NCBI GenBank assembly: GCA_965230905.1
Contig: OZ246396.1
Coordinates: forward strand, 810,001 to 842,000
Reading direction: 5' to 3'
Length of the DNA stretch: 32,000 nt
Source of the DNA: Candidatus Saccharimonadota bacterium
GTDB lineage: Bacteria > Patescibacteriota > Gracilibacteria > UBA1369 > 2-02-FULL-48-14
Shown piece after piece: positions 16,546 to 24,773 of the stretch. Position 1 is the stretch's first letter. Each line of letters opens with the position of its first letter. The notes beneath the pieces are model-generated. The model ran no database searches, was not told where the DNA came from, and saw only the letters and a program-made list of their open reading frames with translations. Position numbers and translations under genes: made by a program.

Positions 16546-18369
16546 ATGGTATCACGACAACGCAACTTTCCGGACGATCCCAGCCGCTTTAAGCACTTTG
16601 ATCCTGATGATGGACGTGAATATGAGCGATACATTGCATTGAATCCGGCGCATGCGCTTGATGAGCGAGATACGCGAGGTGAAGAGGAACTACGTAAGGT
16701 CTTTTTTGATCGTCGTGGAAACCTGAGAAAAGAGGCAAATGAAGTGGTTCAACAGGCGAATTTGATGCAGATTTCTACGAGGGCGAGGGCGGGGCAGATT
16801 GTGGGAAATCGTGGATGGGCTGAACATCGAGCCAAAAATAAAGCTGAATTCGATGCGTCCCCGCGAACGATGTGGAAAAGCATTAATGAGATTGCGGCGG
16901 CTTCAGCTGATCGAGTGATTATTACTAGAGATATGACGGCCAAACAAGTCATGGCTATTTTTCCTTTGGATCCTAAATTGATCAGCCCTACCTTGCTTCG
17001 TAATTTAGGAGTCCCCGATCCTGTGGAAGAAAAAGGCTTAGCTTTGGAGGATCAACTTACTTTGCGTGAACGCGCTATCCCAGATGTGAAACGGGCTTTT
17101 TCTCGTCTTGAACCTATTCGCCGACCCGATGAAGGGGATGCAAACTTGGGTGAGTTGCGGTACTTCCGCATGATGCGAGTTTCCCAGGGTCCGCGTGAAG
17201 GAAAAGTGGTGGGCACGCAAACCATTGGCGGGCAAAAAATTCTTTTTGGTACGGATTTGCGTGGGGCGGAGCGTCGCATTCATCACATTCGTCACAATTA
17301 TGAAGAAGAAATTGAAAAGCTTACTTGGATTCATGGAGTGATTTTGAATTTGCGAAAACACTTGGAGTTTTGGAAACAGCCCGGGCGTGAAGCGGATTTG
17401 AAGACACTTTTGGCGACCATGGGGCAAGTGGTCCAGTCTTTGGAGAACGTAGAAGATGAGTACAAACGTAAACTTCTAAAGAAGCTGGCCACTTGTACGG
17501 ATGTGCACGATTCTCTTGGCCGAGTGAACCCGGGTAGTAAACAGGCCGATCTCACTAAGGCGCTGACATTTTTAGGAGGGCGGCTGCAAAGCATTGAGTC
17601 GATTTCCAAATACATTGGGGAAGACCACGCCAAGGTGATACAAGTGGTGGCGGCCCAAAAAGATCCGCTGAAGGGAGTGCGCGAACGTATTCAAGGAAAG
17701 GCGCCGTGGGAGGAGCAACTTAAGGAATTCCGTACTTCGATGCGTGGGGTGAAGTATCAGCCAGATTTAGGTTTTGCTCGTGCGGCCCAAACGCGTGTGG
17801 GTAGTGTGAACGACGGCTTGGCGACCGGTCGTCGTGACGAGGCGCGCAAGGAATATGTGGACCTCTATGTGCTCTGCAAAATGAAGGAAGCTTACGACGG
17901 CATCTGGAGTATCTATCGTCGTATTTCTATCGATCCCAATCAGCAGGAGCCTAGTGCATTGTTGAAAGAGCTTGAAGGCATTGAAGCCAAACTGCGTGAT
18001 AAAAGTTTTGCATCGAGCACAGAAACACGGGCGTACTACCAGTCTTATGTTGATATGTACGCCCTCATCAAGAGTCTCAAGGAACTTTTTGAAGAACTTT
18101 TGGGAGTAGCGCCGAAGACTGCGCCGAGCCCTGAGGAAGTGGCCAAAGAAAATAAAACCTTGCTTGGAATTCTGGGCGGACTCCAGGGGAAATCGGAGGT
18201 GCTGGACCGTTTGCTTGCGGCCGTGAAAGCCAACCCTCAACAGAATATGATGGATTTACTTAGGAAGGCGGGCGAGGTGGATCCGGAGAAAAAACGTGAA
18301 ACTTTTAAGCGAATGAAAGTGCTTATTGCCGAAGTCGATTTTGAGGGATTGATTGCGCCGGGGCTGTGA
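16546..18369 (+). CDS. large hypothetical cytoplasmic protein (607 aa), predominantly charged/helical, no recognised domain
   Basis: It is a long uninterrupted ORF with ordinary codon usage, no signal peptide or TM, and no Walker or other catalytic motif that I can identify. The track start at 16435 would overlap yajQ and lies upstream of the promoter. Confidence 0.7.
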   Translation: MVSRQRNFPDDPSRFKHFDPDDGREYERYIALNPAHALDERDTRGEEELRKVFFDRRGNLRKEANEVVQQANLMQISTRARAGQIVGNRGWAEHRAKNKAEFDASPRTMWKSINEIAAASADRVIITRDMTAKQVMAIFPLDPKLISPTLLRNLGVPDPVEEKGLALEDQLTLRERAIPDVKRAFSRLEPIRRPDEGDANLGELRYFRMMRVSQGPREGKVVGTQTIGGQKILFGTDLRGAERRIHHIRHNYEEEIEKLTWIHGVILNLRKHLEFWKQPGREADLKTLLATMGQVVQSLENVEDEYKRKLLKKLATCTDVHDSLGRVNPGSKQADLTKALTFLGGRLQSIESISKYIGEDHAKVIQVVAAQKDPLKGVRERIQGKAPWEEQLKEFRTSMRGVKYQPDLGFARAAQTRVGSVNDGLATGRRDEARKEYVDLYVLCKMKEAYDGIWSIYRRISIDPNQQEPSALLKELEGIEAKLRDKSFASSTETRAYYQSYVDMYALIKSLKELFEELLGVAPKTAPSPEEVAKENKTLLGILGGLQGKSEVLDRLLAAVKANPQQNMMDLLRKAGEVDPEKKRETFKRMKVLIAEVDFEGLIAPGL

Positions 18370-18396
18370 TACAATGAAGGCACTTAACACCACTTT

Positions 18397-18804
18397 ATGG
18401 CCTCTTCAAAAAATATTGGCTTGGTCTTGGCGCTCGGAGTTTTCCTGGTGCTTTTTGCTGGAGTGGCGTTGTTTGGATTTGGATTCGCGGTGCAAGCGCC
18501 GGTGGTGATTGAAACGGTACCCACCGATGATATGGAAGTGCAGGGCGAGGTGAAAATGACGGGTCAGACGGTTTGTTTGCCCTACAAAGACGACGGCATG
18601 ATGCATACCATGGAATGCGCCTATGGTCTTCAAGTGGGAGACAAATACTATGCTCTCGACCTCGGCAGTTTCACGGTGGATTTTGAAACGCAAGAAACCT
18701 TGAGCATTGAAGGCACCTTTGTTTCGCTGGATGCGCTCAGCAGCGAGCAATGGCAACAGTACGATATTGAAGGCGTGGTGGCTGTGACGGCAATCACGAA
18801 CTAA
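18397..18804 (+). CDS. small membrane-anchored hypothetical protein (135 aa)
   Basis: It has an N-terminal TM (IGLVLALGVFLVLFAGVALFGFGF) followed by a beta-rich domain with a Cys pair. It starts 27 bp after the 607-aa gene on the same strand. Confidence 0.6.
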   Translation: MASSKNIGLVLALGVFLVLFAGVALFGFGFAVQAPVVIETVPTDDMEVQGEVKMTGQTVCLPYKDDGMMHTMECAYGLQVGDKYYALDLGSFTVDFETQETLSIEGTFVSLDALSSEQWQQYDIEGVVAVTAITN

Positions 18805-19217
18805 GTGGTTTTAATAGCCCACTGGTGGCTTTCGTGGAGGAGTTTTTCCAGGGCTTCTTCTTTGGTGAGCCAAAGGAGTTCGTGGTTGGTTTCGCTGCTT
18901 TCGCTCACCAGGTCGAGGAGGGTCACGCGGTAAAAATGACCTTCCTTAGAGATGTAGACGTCGGCCTCGGGCACGTAGATGTGCTGCATCGCTACGCCGA
19001 TTTTTTCGTCGATGCGCATGCTCATGCCGATTTCTTCGTAGACCTCGCGGTGCAGGGCTTCTTCGGGCGTTTCATCAGCTTCAATACCTCCGCCCAACAA
19101 AAAACAGCTCTTTGGATTTTTAACTATAGCGTAGAGATTGTCTTTCATCACCACGGCGTAGGCGCCGGGGCGCAGGGTGTATTCGTGACCGGGAATTTTT
19201 TCGCCAAATTCGAGCAT
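18801..19217 (-). CDS. NUDIX hydrolase
   Basis: The NUDIX box GGGIEADETPEEALHREVYEEIGM matches Gx5Ex7REUxEExGU. Confidence 0.85.
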   Translation of the reverse strand: MLEFGEKIPGHEYTLRPGAYAVVMKDNLYAIVKNPKSCFLLGGGIEADETPEEALHREVYEEIGMSMRIDEKIGVAMQHIYVPEADVYISKEGHFYRVTLLDLVSESSETNHELLWLTKEEALEKLLHESHQWAIKTT

Positions 19218-19240
19218 GGGGGTATGCTACTATAGTTTAT

Positions 19241-20062
19241 ATGAAAACCACCAGCATTCTCATCACGGGAGCGGGAACCGGAATTGGAAAAGATTCTGCT
19301 TTTGCATTGGCGCGCCTGGGCTACCGAGTTTTGGCGGGGACGCATACCACTGCGCAGGGAGCGGCTTTGCGGGCTGAGGTGAAGAAGGCGAGCGTGGAGA
19401 TGGAAATTTTTAAATTGGACATTACGAATGCGGCTGATGTGCGGCGCGCGGCGGCGATGAAGCCGGACATTTTAATCAACAACGCGGGTGTGGGCGAATC
19501 CGGGCCGCTGGCAGAAGTGCCTTTTGAACGCATTGAAAATATTGTAGAGACGAATGTGCTCGGCACGCTGCGGCTCACGCAGGAATGCGCGGCGCATATG
19601 CTACAGCGCAAAGCCGGGCGCATCATCACGGTGACTTCGGTGGCGGGGCGAGTGGTGTTGCCGTACTTGGGCATTTACCATCTCACTAAGTTCGCGCTTG
19701 AAGCGGCCTTTGACTCGCTGCGTATGGAACTCGCACCGCGCGGCATTCAAGTTTCCATGGTGGAACCGGGTCTCATTTATACCGGCTTCAATGAAGAAAT
19801 GGCCGCGACTAAATATCGCTGGCTCAAACCGACCTCATTTTTTAAAGATGACGTGCCTAAGATGAAAGTTCACGACGCCAGCATTACACCAAGCTCGCAT
19901 CCAACTGACTCGGTGGTGAAGGCGATTGTGCATGCAGTCCGCGCGCGCAGACCGAAAATCAGGTACACGGTGCCGGTGCGCTACGCCATTTTGGTTTTCC
20001 TCGCGAAGTTTTTGCCAGATCGCCTCAAGGATACAGTGATGCGAAAATTTGCTGGCTTGTAG
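19241..20062 (+). CDS. SDR family NAD(P)-dependent oxidoreductase
   Basis: TGAGTGIGK (TGxxxGxG), NNAG and the catalytic YHLTK (YxxxK) are present. Confidence 0.9.
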   Translation: MKTTSILITGAGTGIGKDSAFALARLGYRVLAGTHTTAQGAALRAEVKKASVEMEIFKLDITNAADVRRAAAMKPDILINNAGVGESGPLAEVPFERIENIVETNVLGTLRLTQECAAHMLQRKAGRIITVTSVAGRVVLPYLGIYHLTKFALEAAFDSLRMELAPRGIQVSMVEPGLIYTGFNEEMAATKYRWLKPTSFFKDDVPKMKVHDASITPSSHPTDSVVKAIVHAVRARRPKIRYTVPVRYAILVFLAKFLPDRLKDTVMRKFAGL

Positions 20063-20074
20063 TATAATGCGTTT

Positions 20075-20764
20075 ATGATTGAAAAGATTCCTGCCTATGT
20101 TCGGCACCTTAGCAATGCGGGGTGGCTTCGCAGCTACTTCTTGTTTTCTTTTGCGGATTATTATGACCCCAACAATATGCATTGGGGTGACCTACGCGTT
20201 TTCAACGACGATACCATTTCTCCGCACAGTGGCTTTGATCTGCATTCTCACAGTGAGATGGAAATCGTGACTATTGTTCTGAAGGGAGCCGTGAGTCATG
20301 AGGATAGCATGGGAAACAAACGCAAAATTTCTGCGGGTATGGTCCAACGCATGAGCGCGGGAACGGGAGTTCGCCACTCGGAATGGAATAATGAAGATGA
20401 GCCGCTGCATCTTTACCAAATTTGGGTTCTGCCCGGTGAGAAAGGCCTCACACCTGAATATGAAGAAATAGCCTATGAACTTGAGGATGATGCGCTTACC
20501 CAGCTAGTTGGCGAGGGTGGTTTACTCAAAATCCATGCGGATGCCAAGTTCTTCTATGGCAAGCTCAGCGCGGGTAAGAAAATTACGCATGATTTTGAGG
20601 CCGATCATTACGGACTTATTTATGTGAAAAGCGGCGAGCTTAAAGTGGGTGAGGAGCTCTTAGAGGAGGGCGACCAGCTACGAGTGCACGACACGGCATC
20701 AATTCTCATTGAGGCGGAACAAGATAGCGAATTTGTGCTGATAGAAAGCGGATTTATTGAGTGA
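20075..20764 (+). CDS. pirin family bicupin protein
   Basis: GWLRSYFLFSFADYYDPNNMHWGDLRVFNDD...HSHSEMEIVTIVLKG...HEDSMGN is typical of pirin/YhhW-like proteins. TATAAT at 20063-20068 ends 6 nt before the ATG. Confidence 0.85.
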   Translation: MIEKIPAYVRHLSNAGWLRSYFLFSFADYYDPNNMHWGDLRVFNDDTISPHSGFDLHSHSEMEIVTIVLKGAVSHEDSMGNKRKISAGMVQRMSAGTGVRHSEWNNEDEPLHLYQIWVLPGEKGLTPEYEEIAYELEDDALTQLVGEGGLLKIHADAKFFYGKLSAGKKITHDFEADHYGLIYVKSGELKVGEELLEEGDQLRVHDTASILIEAEQDSEFVLIESGFIE

Positions 20765-20781
20765 AATTAACCTGCAACTGT

Positions 20782-21435
20782 ATGAGCATCATCGTAGCCA
20801 TTGGCGGATACAAGCGCGGGCGAACCAAGGACACCGCTTTTGATACGCCCCTTAAGATCGATCGCCAGATTGTCGAACTCACGGGCAAGCAAAAACCTAA
20901 AGCACTCTTCATTCCCACGGCTAGCAGCGACGATGCCGGTTATGTGCGCGCCATTCATGAGGTTTACGGCGAGAAGCTCGGGTGCACCATGGATGTTCTG
21001 CGCCTGATTGCGGAAAAACCCACGCATGCCGAAATCGCCGCCAAGATCCGCTGGGCCGAACTTATTTATGTGGGCGGTGGCAACACTTTAATGATGATGA
21101 ACCTCTGGCGCCGCTTGGGTGTGGATAAGCTGTTGAAGGAAGCCTACGAGCGCGGCGCGGTTTGCTGTGGAGTTAGCGCCGGTTCCATTTGTTGGTTTGA
21201 ATACGGCGTGAGCGACAGCCGCCAATTTAAAAACAAGTCCTCGCACGAATACATCCGTGTGAAGGGTCTGGGAATTTTGAAGGGGATGCACTGCCCGCAC
21301 TACGACCCCGTTCCTTCTAAGGAGAATTGGAGATTGAAAGGCGCCGAGAAGCTTTTGAAGAAATTTCCAAAGGGGAAGTTTATTCCGATTCGCGATGGGG
21401 AGGCGGTGGTTTTTAGGGATGGGGTGGAAGTGTGA
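20782..21435 (+). CDS. S51 family peptidase (peptidase E-like, type 1 glutamine amidotransferase-like fold)
   Basis: ALFIPTASSD, IYVGGGNTLMMM and the nucleophile context GVSAGSICW are present. ATG at 20782 is preferred over the track's GTG at 20761. Confidence 0.8.
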   Translation: MSIIVAIGGYKRGRTKDTAFDTPLKIDRQIVELTGKQKPKALFIPTASSDDAGYVRAIHEVYGEKLGCTMDVLRLIAEKPTHAEIAAKIRWAELIYVGGGNTLMMMNLWRRLGVDKLLKEAYERGAVCCGVSAGSICWFEYGVSDSRQFKNKSSHEYIRVKGLGILKGMHCPHYDPVPSKENWRLKGAEKLLKKFPKGKFIPIRDGEAVVFRDGVEV

Positions 21436-21447
21436 TAAACTTTAATC

Positions 21448-21897
21448 ATGAAAATTCACGAACTCGGTCACATCGTTTTGTACGTCGAAAACCTAGAGAG
21501 GTCGGCGGAGTTTTATGGGAAGGTGCTGGGGTGGAAGCGATTGCCGGGGAAGCTGGGGTTTCCGGCGGCGGCGTTTAGTAGTGGGAGGACGCATCATGAG
21601 CTGCTGCTGATTGAAGTGGGCGAGGGGGCGGAGGCTTTGCCGGAGGGACGGCATCTGGGGCTTTACCATTTTGGGCTGAAGATTGGGGACAGTGATGAGG
21701 ATTTGAAAGAGGCGATTGCGGTGCTGGAGGAGGCGGGAGTGGTGGTGAATGGAGCCACGGATCACACGGTGACGCACAGTCTCTACATTCAAGATCCCGA
21801 TGGCAATGAGATTGAACTCTACATCGACGTGCCGGGTGCGGACTGGAGGAATGATCCGGATTTGTTCTTTAGTAGGCCGAAAAGATTGGAGTTGTAA
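21448..21897 (+). CDS. VOC (glyoxalase/bleomycin resistance/dioxygenase) family protein
   Basis: LGHIVLYVENLERSAEFYGKVLGW... and HSLYIQDPDGNEIELY are typical VOC beta-alpha-beta-beta-beta modules. Confidence 0.85.
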   Translation: MKIHELGHIVLYVENLERSAEFYGKVLGWKRLPGKLGFPAAAFSSGRTHHELLLIEVGEGAEALPEGRHLGLYHFGLKIGDSDEDLKEAIAVLEEAGVVVNGATDHTVTHSLYIQDPDGNEIELYIDVPGADWRNDPDLFFSRPKRLEL

Positions 21898-22150
21898 CCA
21901 TTATCACTTATGGATCCAAAACCGTGAAAGTCCTGGATTAAAACCCAGTAAGTTTCCCATCCTTTCTGCGTTGTAACTTATGTGAGCCAAAATGGTTCGC
22001 CTGAGTTTATTCTTTAAACACCTTAACCATGTTTGAAAAGAAACCACGCAAAACCTTTCATGTATCTACGACTCACTTTTATGTGGTGAGTGATCGGGAA
22101 AAATCTGGGAAGAAAATCGAAAAGATAAAGGAGTTTGTGACGCGCCCTTG

Positions 22151-23287
22151 TTATAGGTCGGCGGGAATTTTGGTGGCGCTATGATTTTTGGAAGCCGCTG
22201 ATTCTGCTACAGGGAATGAAACAGTAAAAGTGCTGCCGATGCCTTCGATGCTTTGGGCCGTGATGCGGCCGCTGTGGGCTTCGACGAGTTCTTTCACAAT
22301 GGCCAGGCCCACGCCGATGCCGCCGGTTTTGCGGGTGCGGGATTGGTCGGCGCGGTAAAAGCGTTCAAAAATGTAGGGTAAGTCTTTGGCGGGAATGCCC
22401 TCGCCTTGGTCGGCCACTTCCACGGTCAGGCCATTTTTGCTGGAGAGTTTTACGGTCACGGGTTTGTGTGACGGGGAATATTTGAGGGCGTTGCTGAGGA
22501 GGTTGAGGAGGATTTGGGTGTAGCGGTCTTTGTCGAGCGTGAAGCTTTCGTTGGTGAGATCGGCGTGTAGGGTGAGCGGAACTTTTTTGGCTTCGAATTG
22601 GGGCTCCATTTGTTTGAGGATTTTTTCGGTGGCGTCGCGGACGTCCAGGGGCGCGGTTTTAATTTTAAACTTGGGCTGTTCCAGCAGGGAAAGGGTGCGC
22701 ACTTCCGTGAGCATGGTGCTGAGGCGGTCCACTTCTTCCTTCATCAGGGCAAAAGTTTCGGCGCGCTTTTTGTCTTCGATCATGCCGTCGGTGAGGGCTT
22801 CCAAATAACCGCCGATATTGGTGAGCGGAGTGGCGAGTTCGTGCGACACGTTGGTGATGAGCTCTTGTTGCAAATAGCGGTGGCGTTGCAGCGCTTCGGC
22901 CATGGAATTGAGCGATTGGCTGAGGTCCGCGAGTTCGTCCGAAGACTCGATTGGCACGCGTTGTTCGTACTTGCCCAGGGCGATTGCTTTGGTGGCGCGG
23001 ATCACGCGATTCACGGGGCGGGTGATGTAGCCGGTGATCAAAAAGCTGATCACAATGGCGATGCCGGCGGCGCCGACTACGGTTAAGAAAGTGGATTGTT
23101 CAATGGTTTCCAAAAACACATCGCCGGGTTTTTCCGGGAAGGGAAGAAGGGTTCCGTCGAAACTTTTAAAAAACTTTTGCACGTGATTGCTGAGCTGCGC
23201 TTCGACTAAATAACTGAGCAAAGCCAGCGTGAATAAAATCACCACCGCGTAACTGAGAAACAATTTAGAGCGAAGGTTGAGTTTCAT
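22151..23287 (-). CDS. sensor histidine kinase (2 TM, short external loop, HAMP, HisKA, HATPase_c)
   Basis: H-box SHELATPLTNIGGYLEAL, N-box LLNLLSNALKYS, G1 DQGEGI and G2 GGIGVGLAIV are present. The two TM helices flank a loop of only about 40 aa. Confidence 0.9.
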   Translation of the reverse strand: MKLNLRSKLFLSYAVVILFTLALLSYLVEAQLSNHVQKFFKSFDGTLLPFPEKPGDVFLETIEQSTFLTVVGAAGIAIVISFLITGYITRPVNRVIRATKAIALGKYEQRVPIESSDELADLSQSLNSMAEALQRHRYLQQELITNVSHELATPLTNIGGYLEALTDGMIEDKKRAETFALMKEEVDRLSTMLTEVRTLSLLEQPKFKIKTAPLDVRDATEKILKQMEPQFEAKKVPLTLHADLTNESFTLDKDRYTQILLNLLSNALKYSPSHKPVTVKLSSKNGLTVEVADQGEGIPAKDLPYIFERFYRADQSRTRKTGGIGVGLAIVKELVEAHSGRITAQSIEGIGSTFTVSFPVAESAASKNHSATKIPADL

Positions 23288-23966
23288 TGTCGAGGAGTTT
23301 ATAACCCACGCCGAACACGGAGCCGAGGTAGCGTGGTTGTTTGGGGGAATCGCTCAGTTTTTTGCGCAGATTTTTTACGTGTGCGTCCACGGTGCGGTCA
23401 AAAATAATAGTGGTGCTATCGTAAATTTCTTCCATCAGTTGCTGGCGTGAAAACACGCGGCCGGGGTTTTTTGTGAGCGTGTGGAGCAGTTTGAATTCGA
23501 GCGGTGAAAGTGGAACGGAGCGCTTGTCTTGTAGCACGGAAAGTTTTTCGGGGTCGAGGGTGAGGTCTTTATAATGAAGTACATCGGCAGCGGGGTTGGC
23601 TGCGCGGGTTCTACGCAAAATGGCTTTCACGCGGGCCACGAGTTCCTTGGGGCTGAAGGGTTTGCTGAGGTAGTCATCGGCGCCCACCTCTAGGCCGATT
23701 GTTTTTTCCATTTCGTCGGCCTTGGCACTTAAAATAAGCACCGGGGTGTCCAGCTGGGCGCGCACTTTTTTAAGTACCTCGAGGCCTTCCATTTCGGGCA
23801 GCATGCGGTCGAGCACAATGAGATCGGGCTTGATGCGAAGCGCCAGTTCCACGCCTTCACGGCCGTCGTGTGCTTGCACCGTTCGGTACTCTTCTTTTTG
23901 CAAATAAAGCTGAATCAGGTCAGCGATTTTTAGGTCGTCTTCGATGATGAGAATAGTTTTGTGCAT
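23265..23966 (-). CDS. OmpR-family response regulator (receiver plus winged helix)
   Basis: ILIIEDD, the DLIVLDRMLP phospho-acceptor context, LSAK, and the C-terminal VDAHVKNLRKKL...GVGYKL are present. It overlaps the kinase gene by 23 nt. Confidence 0.9.
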   Translation of the reverse strand: MHKTILIIEDDLKIADLIQLYLQKEEYRTVQAHDGREGVELALRIKPDLIVLDRMLPEMEGLEVLKKVRAQLDTPVLILSAKADEMEKTIGLEVGADDYLSKPFSPKELVARVKAILRRTRAANPAADVLHYKDLTLDPEKLSVLQDKRSVPLSPLEFKLLHTLTKNPGRVFSRQQLMEEIYDSTTIIFDRTVDAHVKNLRKKLSDSPKQPRYLGSVFGVGYKLLDNETQPSL

Positions 23967-23989
23967 CGGCTTTGCATTATAGCTTAAAA

Positions 23990-24011
23990 GGGGGCTGGCT
24001 TGCCAGCCCCC
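23990..24011 (-). terminator. GC-rich intrinsic terminator after the triple-repeat protein gene
   Basis: GGGGGCTGGC (23990-23999) pairs with GCCAGCCCCC (24002-24011). On the minus strand it is followed by TTTTAAGC, then TATAAT (23981-23976) 9 nt before the response-regulator ATG. Confidence 0.6.
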
Positions 24012-24026
24012 TAAACCACGCCTGGT

Positions 24027-24572
24027 TTATTCCTCCATAGGTTTAGCTTCCCACTGGAAGCTCTGTAGTTTTTCAACCACATCTTCGTCGTCAGAAGTTA
24101 AAGTGATCACCACGCCATTCTCAATCTCTTCCACGCTGCGAGTCACGTCTTCACTGAGGAAGGGAAGCTTTGGCCCATGTCCCCCATGGCCAGGTCCGAA
24201 AGCCCCCTTCTCAGGAAGATTTTGGAGCTTTTCAACGATTTCCGGATCTTCCGAGGTCAACGTGATTTGAACGCCATTATCGAGCACGTTGAACGCTTGG
24301 TCTACGTCATCCATGGAGCCTCTTCCAGGTCCATGCATGGGCAGTTCCGTCATTTGTTGAAGACGCTCCAATTCAGTTGCGTCGTCCGTAGTTAAAGTAA
24401 TGATGACTCCGTTTTCGATGTTCTCCACGGTGCGGTCCATTTCCGGTCGTTCTATTTGCACATTGTCTTGTGCATTGTCCGCAGAAGCGCGACTGATGAC
24501 GGAAGCTCCGCCCGCACCGGCTGCGATAATGCCTAGGACTAAGAAGCTGCTAACAATATTTTTCTTTTCCAT
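24027..24572 (-). CDS. secreted protein with three internal repeats and His/Gly/Pro-rich linkers
   Basis: The likely ATG is at 24572 (MEKKNIVSSFLVLGIIAAGAGGASVISRASA, a signal/anchor). The three repeats are VENIENGVIITLTTDDATELERLQ, FNVLDNGVQITLTSEDPEIVEKLQ and VEEIENGVVITLTSDDEDVVEKLQ. The linkers are PMHGPGRGS and GAFGPGHGGHGP. Confidence 0.7.
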   Translation of the reverse strand: MEKKNIVSSFLVLGIIAAGAGGASVISRASADNAQDNVQIERPEMDRTVENIENGVIITLTTDDATELERLQQMTELPMHGPGRGSMDDVDQAFNVLDNGVQITLTSEDPEIVEKLQNLPEKGAFGPGHGGHGPKLPFLSEDVTRSVEEIENGVVITLTSDDEDVVEKLQSFQWEAKPMEE

Positions 24573-24773
24573 AACGAGTGTGTTTATGTAGAAATAAATG
24601 GGAACTTGGCCGACCGTTGGCAACTTTAAAGCCCACTTTTGATGTGGGTATGAAAGAATTGTGAAAAAAGTGTGAAGGGAAGACGGTCTTGGGTCGATTC
24701 AGCGGGAGCCTTTATGCTGAATCTCTCCAAGCCATCTTCCTCCGCGGCTTGTAATTAGGTGTATACTCCCTGC

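Noticed and set aside
21898-22150. A possible tRNA or other structured RNA in the longest intergenic gap.
   Set aside because: I could fold no acceptor/T-arm pattern (no GTTCRANYC-type T-loop with a matching stem) and found only 5-bp stems. This cannot be supported without a covariance-model scan.
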